Shown: positions 48,990 through 63,227, counted from the first letter of the stretch. The stretch: DNA of 64,000 nucleotides from Octopus sinensis (GCF_006345805.1 NC_043009.1:20770001-20834000), one strand, 5' to 3'. Notes: generated by a model from the sequence alone, not told the origin. Made by a program: numbers and translations.

Positions 48990-50975
48990 AGTGCCACTAT
49001 GAAAGATTACTAAATGTAGGGAATGTATGGGAGAAGGAGAGCCTGCCTAACGTGGATCCAACAGAGGAGCCAGCTATCTGAATCGACAGTAGCTTCATAG
49101 GTAAAACAATTAAGGATATGGAGACAGGGAAAGTCCTGGCCTGTCAGGAATCACTGCTGAAATGCTTAAAATATCTGGCAGAGTGAGATATGACCTAATC
49201 ACCCATATAGTTAATCAGGTTGTCCATGAGGAAGTCATACCCAATGATTGGTATAGCAGCATTATATTCAACTGCTACAAAGGCAAGGGTGATGCTCTGG
49301 ATAGAAATAATTACAGAGGCATCAATTTGCTGGATCAAGTGTTGAAAATTGCAGAAAGGATCATGATTAATAAGGAAGAGAGCACAGATGAGATGCAATT
49401 TGGGAGAAGTACCACCAATGTTATTTTCAACAACTGGAGAAATACTTGGCCAAAAATAAAACTCTGTATCTGGATTTTGTTGACATGGAGTAAACCTTTG
49501 TCAGGGTCCCCTGCTTCCTTATTTGGCAGGCAATGTAGAAGCTAGGAATAGATGAGTGTTTGGTGGGAGCTGTGCTGCAAGCCATTTACAGGGATGCTGT
49601 TAGTAAGGTGAGAGTCACCAATGAGCATAGCAAGTCCACCAGGGCTTCCTTCTTAGTCCCCTCTTGTTTATCACACCCCTCCAAGCTATAACTGAGGAAT
49701 TTAAAACCAGCTGCCCTTGAGAGTTCCTCTATGCCAATGAGACCTTGTTCTTAATGCTGAATCACTACCAGAACTAGAGAAGAAATTTCAGGTGTGGAAT
49801 TATGGACTGGAATCAAAGGGCCTTAGAGTTAATCTAGCTAAGACCAAAGTATTGATAAGTAGGAAAACAAACAAATCACTATGCCTTGGGCTAACTTGAT
49901 ATATATAGCAGGGGAGAACCTCCATACAGTTTACTCAGTTCAAGCTATGGACACATAAGAAGTGCAATGGTATAACTGGAAGACTAACAGAGAAAGTAGT
50001 CTTTACATGTGGCAGATATGCAGGGACATTAAACACCAAGAATGTACAAAAGTTAACTTCCCTCAAATGTCGGGGGGGGGGGGTTCTTAGAAGTAGTAAG
50101 CAGTTTCCATTACTTAGGTGACCAAGTTAGTAGTAATGGGAAGTTGTTCTGAAAGCATAGCTGCTAGAATAAGAATAGGCTGGGTGAAGTTCAGAGAGCT
50201 CCTACCTCTGTTAGTAACAAAGGGCCTCTCCTTCAGAGTGAAAGGCAGACTCTACGATGCCTGTGTATGAACAGTTATGCTAGATGAGAGTGAGATATGT
50301 GCTATGACTACTGAGGCTATGCAAAGGCTTAAAAGAAATGAAGCCAGTAAGCGCCACTGGATGGGTAATGTCAGTATGCATACATGACAGATGAAGTGAT
50401 TTGAGAAAAAAACTGGGTATATGAAGCATCAGATGTAATATGCAAGAGGAAAGAGACTGTGCTTGTACAGTCATGTAATGCATATGAATGAGGACAGTTG
50501 CATCAAGAGGTACCGATCTCTAATTGTGGAGGGAACATGTGGAAGGGGTAGACCCAGGAAAACGTGGGACAAAGTGGTGAGAAAGGATCAACAGACTCAC
50601 AGAGGGGATGGCAAAGGACCAAAACTCCTGGCAGTTTGTTGTGCATGAAAAGAACATCAAGCTAAGTAAAAGCGTGGTTGTCCTTGCATAAAGGCATGTC
50701 TCCATGCATCCCTCTCTAACTGAACATTCTTAATTCTTGCAGGTTTGTGAGTGCTGGTGTCATGTAAAAAGCACTCATACTGCTGCCATGTAAACGTACC
50801 CCTGCAAGTGCTGTGTAATGGCACCCAGCATACTTTGTAAAGTGGTTGGTATTAAGAGGGCATCCAGCCATAGAAATCATGCCAAAACAAACATGGAGCC
50901 TGCCCAGCTCCTGTCAGGACCATCCAACCTATGCCAGCATGGAAAGCAGATGTTAAATGATGATGATGATGATGG
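48990..50975 (+). mobile_element. Older, decayed RTE LINE copy of the same family as 37545-39783
   Basis: KGKGDALDRNNYRGINLLDQV, VEGTCGRGRPRKTWDKVV, 3' UTR with (GAT)n tail followed by (TA)n. Confidence 0.88.
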
Positions 50976-50979
50976 TGAT

Positions 50980-51062
<83 letters not shown>

Positions 51063-52656
51063 TCAACAGATGTGATCCAGAAATGCTCAATATAGAAAAC
51101 ACTTAATAGTGCTCAAAGTATTCGAACTTAAACACCAAAATCTTTATTGATGACTAAGTCTGTTGGGCAAAGAGTGGCTATAAGAGGATTTCAGATATGG
51201 AAATAATGATCCAAATAAACATGCTTGGGTTTGATATATAAAATATATATAAATATATACATGTAAATATATTTATGGGATTTATAGAGAGAGAGAAGCA
51301 AAAACTGAAAATATTCAGAAGATGAATGTTCACGTATAAGCCAAAAGATATTTATATATTTACAGAACAGATTTACATGGAGTGCAAAAGATACAAAAAA
51401 CTAAGGGGAGAGGGTATGGTACACACACACACACACGTCTGTGATTGGATGTTCTCAATGCATCAGTTGTCTGGTGTTTGCTCACCAAGCTGACCCTAAT
51501 GGGTGCATCTACTGATTGCATTGACAGTGTGCATGTGTTGCACAATACTGAAACATATATAACAGATAGAAGTACTAAGTGAATGCCCATACTCCTTTTC
51601 TCTTCTATGTAGATGGCAATGGTGCATAATAGATGTGCTTAGCATGAAGAGTACACTCACATTTAAGGGAAAATGAGTGAACTTAAGTAATGGTCCCTAT
51701 CAGACAGGATTACCTGTTGGATGGACGAGAATATCTACATTGTCTGTGAATGATGGTATTGATTTAGAAAGGAAATAAAGTTTAATCATTGAAAGGGAAT
51801 ATCAGATCATGAAATAGGACCCTGAAGGGCATTATTATCCATGAAAACAAAACAGGGTTTAACTGAGAATTAATGCTAGATAAGAGGATTGTTTTCTTGC
51901 CCAGAATTAATAAAAGGGAAATATTTCAAGGATTAAAAAAGTAAAACAGCAGTTTTACATAACTTCTCTTACTGACAGACATATTGGATAGTAGTAGTAG
52001 TAGTGGTGGTGGTGGTGGTGGTGGTGGTGGTGGCAGCAATTTTCAGGACATTTGCTACACTTTGATACACAAATAGTAGACACAATTATAGGACCCCTGT
52101 GCAGCTGTGTGACCTGCCAGAAACAGTAGCCAAATCTTCAAATTGTCTACCCTCTAAAAAAGAAAAAAAGAAAGGAGTAGGACTGTATATCCAGGGTATT
52201 TTAGTCATGGATACATTATAATTTAACCTTTTGGAGTCTTGCTAGTTCACACTGTCCCACTGTTTTTCAGAATTTATTTCTGCATGGTGGGTCATTTTAA
52301 ATTACATCTCTTAAAATAAAGGTAACTAAAATATTTGGGTTAATATTGTTAATTAAGCACCAGGCTTAATACCAGATTCCACCGTTAAAAAATATTAGTC
52401 AATAAATTAGTCAGCAAATAAAGGGCTGTGCAGGTCTTCCTCCCAGACAGAGGACATTGATTCAGTTCCAGTGCCTTGCCTGAACATTAAATGATCAATA
52501 GAAATGCAGCAGAGAGTGGGGACGGCGAGGGGCAGAGTTCTAAATGCTTACAATAAGATCAACTCCTCTATAAGCACCCAAGAACCAGGTCTCAGTTCTC
52601 TACCCAGGCTAAACAAATATTATTCAAGAAATCAAGTTACAAGATGCAATGCTTTA

Positions 52657-52870
52657 ATCATCATCATCATTTAATGTCCACTCTCCATGCTGGCATGGGT
52701 TAAGCAGTTTGACTAGAGCTGATGAGTCGGAGAGCTACACCAGGTTCCAGTCTGATTTGGCATGGTTTCTACAGCTGGATGCCATTCCAAATGCCAACCA
52801 CTCCAGGAGTGGAGTGGGTGCTTTTATGTACCACTGGCATGGGTGCTATTTACATGATACTGGCAACAAC
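52657..52870 (-). mobile_element. RTE 3' UTR fragment
   Basis: (CAT)n plus catgctggcatgggtt...ctggatgccattccaaatgccaaccactcc. Confidence 0.7.
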
Positions 52871-54074
52871 CATCTTTGATGGTGGGTTGGCAGAATCATT
52901 AAAACCTTGAACAAAACAGATTCGGTATTTAATTGCAACCCTTTATATTCTGAGTTCGAATCTCAGTGATGCCTGTCGAGACTTTCATTCTTCTGAGATG
53001 ACAGATAAAATAAGAACCGGTTACTTCCTGGAGTTTATTTAAACAATGGTTTCTTCCTTAAAATATCTGTAACATTAAACCTCAACCAGAAATCCATATT
53101 TGAGACCTTCAACTGTTTCCTCTGACTTCCCTTATAAAACACTCATTCTTTACCATTCCAATTAGTAAATGACTCATTTAAAAATGGTGATGAAATGTTC
53201 TACTTGATATACTAGGCCAGTCAGTTTAATAACACCATCCAGGGCCTTGGGTGATTTTAATGCGGTTTCACTTTATAGTAAGCATTCATCCTCCAATTTC
53301 CACTGACATTGACTTGTAGATGTTCAGGCTGGATATTGGAACTGAAAGAATCTTACCAGTCAAGAGATGGGTCTACACTGGCCCTTGTTTCCTGATTACT
53401 GAGCAGGGACAAAGGCTGTTTGTGTTCAAAGAGAAGAATTAAGAAGTTTAACATTATTGTCTTTGCCAGGGGCATTAACAGCAAGCAAACATTTAAGAGA
53501 AACAAGGTTAGACATGTATAAACAGATATATTTGATAAGAAGGTCAAACACGTGTAAAAAAAAGATATTTGTTAAGTGGAGTAAACAAGGGTAAGCAGTG
53601 TTATCTGATAAATGCAGGGAACAAGGGTATTCTGAGTTATTTGATAACAGGAGTGAACGAGTGAAGAGATACAGCCAAATGATAATACAGTTGGTGTAAA
53701 TAAGATAATTCAATGTCAATGTTGATTGATAGAGTAAACAGAATTGTGTAAACAAAAACATAGAGTACATAATATAGAGTACTTAATATAGAGTACTTAA
53801 TATGAAAATTAAATCTGACATCAAAACAAAAAAATTAAGATTTAAACACTGAAATATTAAACATTTTTGAGAGTCACAATCCTACATGCTCAGCCATTAT
53901 ATACACACTGTCCCCTAATCATTATATACACACCATCATGAACCCAGCCTCAGGGTCAAGCCATTGGACACTGGTCATGCTGGAGCACTGTTTGATAGGG
54001 TGTATGTGAATATGTGTGTGTGTCTGTACGTTGTGTCAAATCACTCTTAGAGCTACTGGTATCAAGTAACCCAG

Positions 54075-56250
54075 TACAATGCATCACACAGTAGGGTCAC
54101 TGGCAACACTATCAAGTGTCTTGGTAAGGATATCAACCCTATTAAGTGTCTTGGTAAGGATGGTGGTTTTTACAACCTATTTTTACCTTTGACAAAGTCA
54201 GGAAGGCGATTGCATCCTTTCTTGCTGGTTTTGGCACTGGGATCTCAGAAATAGTAACTCCCTGTCAGCTGATGATGCTGATCCTGAGGCCCTGGAAAAC
54301 TTAATCCAGTTCATCAATATGTTCTCATCCGAGAGTGTCCTTTCCTACATGTCTTCAATTCCATCAGTTGGGATATCATCCTCCATGCTTGTAAGGGAGA
54401 ATAGCCCATAACTCTGCAGCTTTGCTTGGCAAACTTATTGGGAGTCTTCCTGCCTCTCCTTTGGCAAACATCTCATCCCATCTGCCTCTGGAGTCAAACC
54501 TGTTCTATTTGCACTGGGCATTGATGATGTTACCAAGATAGGAGCTGACTGGGATTTGAATGTCTAGTATCTTGATGATGCATGTTTTTCTGGGGAGGGA
54601 GACCTAATAATATCCTTGCAACTGCAAAGACAATGACTAAGGAACTTGGTCATAGGGGCCTTAGTGTCAACAGTTCCAAATGTGAGCTCTGGCTCTTCAC
54701 CAATCCAGTTTCAGGTCAGCAGGCTGTAAACCTGTTTACAGATTCCTTCCCCTCTACCATGGTTCCTCCCTCATCGTGTGGTGCTCTCTTGTAATTACTG
54801 GCCAAGCTTTTGAGTCCATCTTTCAGTCCAAGATAGCTAACCTTTGGGAACTTTTAAAAAACTTTGAAGTAACTGAGTCCCACCAAGGTTTTTTATACTT
54901 AGGAATTACTTGTTGATTCCTGAGTTATTGTATTCTCAGAGTTAGTCCCTCTTATAGATTCTGGTCGTCTCTCTATTGCTTTGATGACCTAATCGTCAGG
55001 GAACTCAAATGTTTGGTCAATGTCAGACTTTCTCCAGAGTCCTGTGACCAGGCTGTTTTGCCCAAATAGTTTACAGGTTTAGATCTGCACAAGAGTTCAT
55101 CTCTATCTCTTCTCTGTTTTCTTTCTTCCATCCACGCTTGCTCCATTTTAGTAGGCAACATCCTCTCCTTTCTAACACGGACGAGTTCCAAAAGGAGATG
55201 GATGAAGCTCTGTTGCAGTGGAGAGAGCTGGATTTCTCAGTTCTTGAAACAGCTGAGAACAGATGGAAGCAGAGAGGATGGAGAAAAATCTGTGCTCAGT
55301 TCTTGAAACAGCTAAGAACAGATGGAAGCAGAGAGGATGGGGAAAACCTGTGCTCAGGGGCTACTTTCAACTCTCTCTTTGACCAAGCTATTCAGTTTTT
55401 AAGGTGTCACTTACTTTCTGCAAGTTTGAAATTCTTGGGGGACTGGATTGATGCCTTGTCTGTGGCCAACATTAGTGGTCTACTCAATCTGGATAAGCTC
55501 TGCAACTCCTTTGCACTCAGAGTGGAAGCTGACATCTGTGGGGGACTGAGATGTTGCTGCTCCACAGGCCTACATGGTTTGTCTTGCTGCCTAAATGCAG
55601 GTTGTTTTGCTCATCACACTGAGCTAAACTTAATCATTAAGCAGCCCCTGGCTTGGGTTAATATCCCCTCAGTTCTGGGGGCCAATGAGATTATCTGGAA
55701 GTGATAGGAAGAGACCAGATGGCCTTACCCCTTGTCCCTGGGTAAGAGGTAGGTGCCTCATCTGGGACACCACAGTCTGTAACTCCTTTGCTCACTCCCA
55801 CATTCTGGATGCTGCAGTAAATGGGAGGGTCAATGCTTCCGTAGCTGAAAGGAACAAAATCATTAAGTATTGGGACTTGTCAGTGAAGCATTTCTTCCAG
55901 CCTGTGGCGTTTGAGACATTTGGAAAGGCTGGGTTGCTAACAGTGAAATTCTCATAGTCACTGGCCACTTGCCTTACCATGGTGTCATGCGATGCCCATA
56001 AGGATGCTTGACTGTTCCTTAGCCTTAACCTTGCCAATGCACATGGTAAGGCTGCGAGCATGTTGGCTTACTTCACTAGGTTCTGTTGAATCTTGTGGTG
56101 TGTGGCCAATTGAGGCACTTAATTTTGAATTATTTTTGTCTTTCGTCCTCTTTTTCTTTTCCTTCTTTGCTCATGTTTGTTTTCTTTGGTTTTGGATTTG
56201 TATTTTAATGTGGTTTTGTATTATATATGTATCGTATACATATATGTTAT
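54075..56250 (+). mobile_element. CRE-clade non-LTR retrotransposon relic (RT plus restriction-like endonuclease)
   Basis: LNV*YLDD (54568-54579), GDWIDAL, ALRVEA...C...GLHGLSC, HTELN, KRPDG (55712-55720)...WDTT, FQPVAFETFG, LSLNLANAHGKAASML. The motif order is that of CRE-type RLE elements; heavily frameshifted. Confidence 0.8.
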
Positions 56251-56279
56251 ATATGTAATTATTTTCTCTTAGTAGAGTG

Positions 56280-56392
56280 TGTTCATTAAACATTAGCTAT
56301 AATAATGTTCATTAAACATTAGCTATAATAATGTTCATTAAACATTAGCTATAATAATGTTCATTAAACATTAGCTATAATAATGTTCATTA
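56280..56392. repeat. 26-bp minisatellite, 4.3 copies
   Basis: tgttcattaaacattagctataataa repeated perfectly. Confidence 0.95.
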
Positions 56393-56619
56393 GAGACTGA
56401 TTTAATGGATTATACCATCTACCTTTACACAAAGAGCCTTGTACCATAAAAAAAGCAAATCATCTCACTTAAATCTGGTTTTAAACAAGGTTGATATATG
56501 GCTCTTACATTATTGGTCATCTTCTTTGTTATTATCTTGCAAACTTTTGCACGGAGCAATGCTACAATCCCCATCCATTACATACAACAGGAACAGCTTT
56601 TCAATTTGTCATTTTATTG

Positions 56620-57600
56620 CAGTGACAAAAATTTTCGTGGCTCTCATTCGTAATCTCCTTTATGCTGATAATTGTGATTTCATAACCCACACCGAGGAAG
56701 ACCGACGAACTTCTTTTTGGTCTAGTGTGATGAGTTTGGACTTAAGAAAGCCATCATCTTGCTACAACCAACACCAGGCAAGCCATATACACCACCATCG
56801 ATATGTCATGGGTAAAAAGTTAAAGTTGTGGATACATTTGTCTTACTTGGTAGCATACTTGCTAGATTTAATACACTTGACATGGAGGTCAGTTATAGAC
56901 TTTTCAAGGCGTGTGAATCGTTTGGGAAGCTTGAGTCGTGGCTCTGGTTGCAATTAGAGATTAAGGCAGCAACAAAAGTTGAGACATATCAAATATACGT
57001 AGTTGTATGGATGTAAGACTTGGACAACTTACAACAGGATTATCCAACGTCTTGAGCGAATCTACCAACGATGATTGCGTAATATCCTGAAGATCTCATG
57101 GTGATCTCATGTACCTGATACGAAAGTACTGAAGCTGTCGTAAATGACAGGTATTGAGTCCATGATTATGAAGCACCAACTTTGATGGTTTGGTAATTTT
57201 GTCCGTCTTGAGAACTCAGCGCATGCCAAAACATGTTTTGTATGGTGAGCTGGAGCAAGGAAAACGTCTCCTGTGCAACCGGTTTAAAGGTAATCTTGAA
57301 GGCATTCCTAAAAAAGATCAGTATCAATATTAACATCTGGGAAGAAGATCTTGCATCAGATGGGGGAGGAATCTGATTGCTATTGATGTTAAAGAATTCA
57401 AAAACGACAGGGTAGCATACACTGAGTTGAAAAAGTGTTGGTAAATATACGGAAGATATGAACACTTTATGTAGGTCAGTCTATTAGCGGTCCCAACATC
57501 AAGATGGTCAGGCCGCTGCTGGAGAGCTGACTTGTAATCTGTGTGAATGACTTGTGAGTATTTAGCAGGCTTTAAGAACCATATGAGATGATATCAGTGA
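56620..57600 (+). mobile_element. Decayed RTE (BovB-like) LINE, distinct from the PHD family
   Basis: IRNLLYADNC..., [10 protein letters not shown]...[23 protein letters not shown]; bounds approximate. Confidence 0.75.
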
Positions 57601-59473
57601 TGGGGAGATCAATTGTGATTTTTTTTTTTTTTTAGAGTGAAATGGGTTTAAGAATCGGTTACAAGTCCACTATCCTCAAGTGTGTGTGCGCGCATGTAAC
57701 TGTGAGAATACGTAATTGAATGTGTCTGAAAGTCTAAGGTAGGTAACTCTTTTTTCTTAATCGTGTTTTTTTAAATATATCGCACACACACACAAACACC
57801 TGCCTCCATTCATCCGTTTACGTATGCATGCATGCAAAGTCGAATTACAATATTGGTCCCACAGCATGTACAATAACAACAACAACAACAACACAAGGAA
57901 CCTGCCTTCTGTTGTTTAGTCAGATCTGAGAAGAGGCCACCAGTTCGCGTCTGACCACTATATATGAAAACAGCTAGTGTTTTTAATGCGTTATCTTCCT
58001 TATGGGGTTCACCATACAAAGAAATTACACAACAGCAGTTATATTCTCTAGAATATAAGAACATCTTTCACAAAATCACTTCTTAATCAGTATTGCAGCA
58101 CAGAATATCATGTCGATGAAAATTATAACACAGATGTTAGCGAAATATGGCTACAATAAGCGTGTGAATTGTAAAGGCCGACTTCATTAAGAATTAGAAC
58201 CCCACCCTGAGCCATAAGTACGAGAACAAAAGAGCATATCTGCTGAAGGGCTTCTCCTAGTCGAGCATTAAAGCTTAAACCAGCAACAACGATTCAACTT
58301 CTGATTTGTTTGTTACATTGCTGTTTTGAAAGTCTGTTATTTCGCCATATTGTTGTTAACAAACAACACATAACTACATTAATAGCCACACTATCTATTA
58401 ATTGCTCTCTCACATCCAGTTACCTGCCGATCTTCTCCCTCCCTCTTCCCTCTCTCCATACACAAAACGTTTATCATCCTGTCTATCTCTATCTCCTTTC
58501 CTCTCCCTATCCACAATACTATTATTTATACATATCTTACTTTCCTTTAGCTCTCTACATCCTCACCAACATATCTAAACACATACCTACCTACCTCTTT
58601 ACCTGTCATATACTCTATACATTTCTCTCAATCATAGGTGCCATCTAGTTTTATTTGTCATATTTTTGTCATCTGTCTGTTCCTGTCTGTCTTTCTCTTT
58701 CTGGCTCTCCTTCTCTCTCTCTCCCTCCCTCCCTCTTTCTCCCTATCTCCCTCTTACCTTGACTATCTCTATGTTTACACCTTAAAGCTTAAACAAACAA
58801 CCAGACATCCTGTCATCAGCAATTTGTTTTTCTTTTATATTTTTCTCATCATGTTATTTTCTCACTGATAGTTGTACATAACAAACAAACACGCGCGCGC
58901 ACATACACACATGACTTTAAACTGCACCCAATAGTGGGGCCTTCTGGTTTGAAAGTTTCTGGGTTTTGAGGAGTGTGGTAGCAACTCTTGGCCCCTGTTG
59001 TTCTCAGGTCAACTCTGACCAAGATAGTAGGACCTATTATGGTCCCAGCTATGGGTTAAATATTATGTGAACCCTTGTGAGTGAACGACCCTTATTTCTC
59101 ATTAGAACTTCCTTCAAGGAGAAGGTAAATTGTTATAAAAAAAACCTGAAATATGCAATTGGTTTCTGGTTGTCTCAATCTCTGTTGTCTTGCCACTGGT
59201 TTCAAAGCTAATTGCAATGAAATGTGGGCTCACTGCTGTGCAACACTTTACCCACTCAAAACAAATTTATGCACAGGAACTTCTCAGATCCTTGGAACTT
59301 TTGCATGGACTTACTAAGTTTAGAAAGTGATCTTACTCTGTCACGAGATGACTTCCAACATACACACACATAGTGTATATATATATATATATATATACAC
59401 ATACATACACCCACATGTATACACAGGTATAGATGCATGATGTATATTAGCTGAGTCATATTTATTTGTGAGA

Positions 59474-59843
59474 AGGCATAATGGCCCAGTGGTTAGGGCA
59501 GTGGACTTGCAGTCGTAGGATCATAGTTTTGATACCCAGACTGGGCGTTGTGAGGGTTTATAGAGTGAAAACACCGAAAGCTCCAGCAGGGGGTGGTGGT
59601 GGCGAACCCTGCTGTACTCTTTCACCACAACTTTCTCTCATTCTTTCTTCCTATTTCAGTTATACCTGTATTTCAAAGGGCCAGCCTTGTCACACTCTGT
59701 GTCATGCTTAATCTCCCCAAGAACTACGTTAAGGGTACACATGTCTGTGGAGTGCTCAGCCACTTGCATGTTAATTTCATGAGCAGGCTGTTCCATTGAT
59801 CAGATCAACTGGAAGCCTCATCGTCATAACCGACAGAGTGCCA
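59474..59843 (+). mobile_element. tRNA-derived SINE (third family)
   Basis: A-box-like tggcccagtgg and decayed B-box agttttgataccc in a tRNA-sized head. Confidence 0.7.
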
Positions 59844-60118
59844 CGAATTTATTTGTTGTTAGCAGAATTTTAGTATATGTAACAACTGTAGTAGAGTCAT
59901 ATTTATCAAACAATCAGCTTGTTTCCTTCATTCCCCAGTCTTTGGTGGTGCTATATCAACCACTATTGTAATTTTTGACACCAAATTATTTCATAGAACT
60001 AATATTTAACTGTATCACAACTTGGTTCCTTTTTTACAGGAGTCATTCAATCATAGATTTCCTCCTCCTTGAGACAAATATGACTCCATTAAAGGCATAA
60101 CTCCTCTACTGTCTTATA

Positions 60119-60159
<41 letters not shown>

Positions 60160-60164
<5 letters not shown>

Positions 60165-60478
60165 TTCAAATAAAAGTTACAAACCCCATTAAGGGATAAT
60201 AAAATCCAATGAATATACTGGTTTAATACCTATTACAAGAAGTATTGAATATTATAATTAATATTCAACTGTAAGGTAACTGGATAAACTGGGGTTTATA
60301 TATATTTTAAGAAAATAAGAAAATGGAGAGATAAGTAAATAATTATTTATTGGTTATAAAATAGGACATCATCTTTGACAGCTGCTTTGATTCAAGTCTT
60401 TTAGAAATTAATTAGTATAATTAAAAAACATTTTAAAGCTGAATCATTAATTGTCTCTCTATTTTCTTATTTTCTCAT
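60160..60478. mobile_element. Short Penelope-like element with small inverted repeats, decayed
   Basis: aagaaaataagaaaatggagagata (about 60309-60333) inverted with about 60452-60477; (TA)n flanks; decayed hammerhead-like remnant at 60367-60407. Confidence 0.45.
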
Positions 60479-60486
60479 ATATATAT

Positions 60487-60555
<69 letters not shown>

Positions 60556-61600
60556 CAAACATATAAATACATACATACATATGTGTGCGTGCATATATAT
60601 ATATATAAATACATATATTAATACAATAATACATTAATATATTAATACATAAATTAATACAATACTATTTCTTTCAAACGGTTTTGGGGAAGTTCTTTAG
60701 AAACATTGAAATATCTTGTGACTTTCTAAAAGTCCATAACAAATGAACAGGCATTTTGGCACCTGTTATGTTTTTTTCAAAACAACATTTTTGACTTTTG
60801 ACCTTTTTTGTGATTCCTGTTATGTCTTGAGATTTGGATTCAGGAGATAAAGTAACATTCGACCTTTTTATCGTGTTGAAACATCACCAGAAAATAAGTT
60901 CAAAGACCTTTTATTAATTTCTCATTAGGGTTTGTGAAGAATTCATGATTGAACATGTTTAGGAAAATTCTGTTTAGGAGATAGACAAAAGGCAGGTGAG
61001 AGGGAAACAGGTGAATATGGGTGAAAGAGGAAGGGGAAGAGATTAACTGAGAGAAAGGAAGAAAGAATGAGTGAGTGAGAAAGAGAGAGAATGAGTGATA
61101 GAAAGAAAGAGAGGAGAAAGAGAGCAATTGAGAGAGAGAGAGAAAGCAACTGAGAGAGAATGAATGAATGAGAGAGAGAGAGAGATGGTGTTAGATGTGA
61201 GTTCAAGAAGAGACAGAAAGTCAGTCACAAAGAATATTAATAATTAAATCAAGAAAGAGAGAGATCGATAGATCAGAGAGAGATGAAAGAACAACATTTA
61301 TATTTGTGTTATTATTTATTGGGGAAATGGCAATACATAACGTGTGGCCCCAAATCGTAGGTACCCTAGTTTATTTACCTTGCAGGGAAGGAGGTCTCTT
61401 TAATTTGGTCTTGCTACAAAATAACGGTGAAATTGTCTTAAATAATATTCTTTTAAGTAAAAACCAGAAGAAAAAAAACGTTACACAATGTTGTAGGAGT
61501 TAAATATGTAGATGAGACGCTTCTGGTTGAAATGTTTTTGATGGTAGGGAGTCTTCCATTATGATTGTCACGAAAATGTGTTAATAGTATATGTAGGGGG

Positions 61601-61726
61601 GATGATGATGATGGTGATGGTGGTGGTGGTGGTGATGATGATGATGATGATGATGATGTTGATGATGATGATGATGACGACGACGACGACGATCATGATG
61701 ATGATGATGAGGAGGAGGAGGAGGAG
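61601..61726. repeat. Compound trinucleotide microsatellite (GAT/GGT/GAC/GAG)
   Basis: Directly visible; explains the poly-D/E ORF. Confidence 0.95.
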
Positions 61727-62071
61727 ATAATATTTGTTCAGAATAAATTCATCCAAGGGAAGTGGAATAGATTTGGGAGAAGCAGATTTTTTCTTTTTAG
61801 TAAAACCGGAGTGAAGCAGAATTATCTCCCTTACTCCGTGACGCCTCGACGATAATCGTAGTTTGAACCTCTGACCATAGCCCAATTCCTCCACGTCCCA
61901 ACTAATGTTCATTCATTAATGTCCGTTGGTTGAATCGATAGAACAACAGATAAAGTGTCTTGCGCTACTGAATCCTGTATATTTCTAGAGTGAATTAAAT
62001 AAAATACCAGTTATGTACTGGAGTCAATACATCCCACTACATTTTTATCTTGTAGTGATGCTACTGTGTAA

Positions 62072-62152
62072 GGTTCAGCGCGCATGCGCAGAATGGGACT
62101 ACTTCCGGGTGGCCACCGGAAGTCTTCCCCATGCGCATGTGCGGGAAACTGA
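62072..62152. promoter_or_regulatory. Palindromic NRF1-like/ETS-like motif module, probably within an LTR-like element (about 62067-62400)
   Basis: GCGCATGCGC (62080-62089), ACTTCCGG (62101-62108), CCGGAAGT (62116-62123) and TGCGCATGTGCG (62132-62143) in mirror arrangement. Confidence 0.45.
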
Positions 62153-62616
62153 CCCCTAAGGAACACTAAACTCGATCACTCTCTCTGGCCATTTCAGCCC
62201 TCGTGAACAGACGTGCATTTGGTAGTCTCTGATAACTATACCGACTTAGCCGCGGACGACATCGAATCCCTTCAACCAACCAACAAGAAGCTGTACAACA
62301 GATTCGGCTGCCGTTTTCCCTTCAGAAATACGTACACCATCACGAATAATAAACAACACTACTGTCTTTCCCAGATAACCTGACTTCGTCTGTTATATTT
62401 AACTAAATTGAATGTGACGGGATCGGATCGGATACCCTTTCAGTGATACCGATTCCAGATCCTGTTACAATCTCATCTTCCTATGTCAGAAATCAGAATG
62501 AGCCATTTTAAGTCTTTTCACAATTTGTAGAAAATATTTTTAGAAAATTCTGGTGACTTGTGAAAAACTGATGAAACTAAACAAGATGACATTGTAATAA
62601 TTTGGTCACTAAATGC

Positions 62617-62835
62617 GGAGGTGTGTGGCTTAGTGGTTAGGGCGTTGGATTAAGGATCGTAAGATAGTGGTTTCGATTCCTGGACCGGGCAATGTGTCAT
62701 GTTATTGAGCAAAACTCTTCATTTTATGTTGCTCTTTTCCACACAACTGGCAAAAATGAGTGATCTTGGAACAGACTGACATCCTGTCCAATGGGGCAAT
62801 ACATGCGTCTTGGAAACCAACCCAATGAGTCTAGG
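62617..62835 (+). mobile_element. tRNA-derived SINE (fourth family), decayed
   Basis: A-box tggcttagtgg and B-box ggtttcgattcc. Confidence 0.75.
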
Positions 62836-62850
62836 AAGTTTATTCTTTAA

Positions 62851-63227
62851 TTTGTTTCAGTCATTTGACGGCAGCCATGCTGGAGCACCACCTTTTAGTT
62901 GAACACATCAACCCCAGGACTTATTCTTTGTAAGCCTAGTACTTATTCTATTGGTCTCTTTTGCCAAGCTGCTAAGTTACAGGGATGTAAACGCATCAAC
63001 ATTGGTTGTCGAGCGATGTTGGGGGTACAAACATAGACACACAAAAGCACACACACACATATACGATGGGCTTCTTTCAGTTTCCATCTACCAAATCCAC
63101 TCATAAGGTTTTGGTTGGCCCCTGGCTATAGTAGAAGACACTTGCCCAAGGTGCCATGCAGTGGGACTGAACCTGGAATCATGTGGTTGGTAAGCAAGCT
63201 AGTTATCCCACAGCTACTCCTGCACCT
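62851..63227 (-). mobile_element. tRNA-derived SINE (family A)
   Basis: Matches 36021-36439. Confidence 0.9.

Noticed and set aside
56280-56392. Regular 26-bp repeats resembling a CRISPR array
   Set aside because: No spacers; contiguous minisatellite in a eukaryotic context.
61565-61855. Poly-Asp/Glu ORF
   Set aside because: Trinucleotide microsatellite with no splice or domain support.
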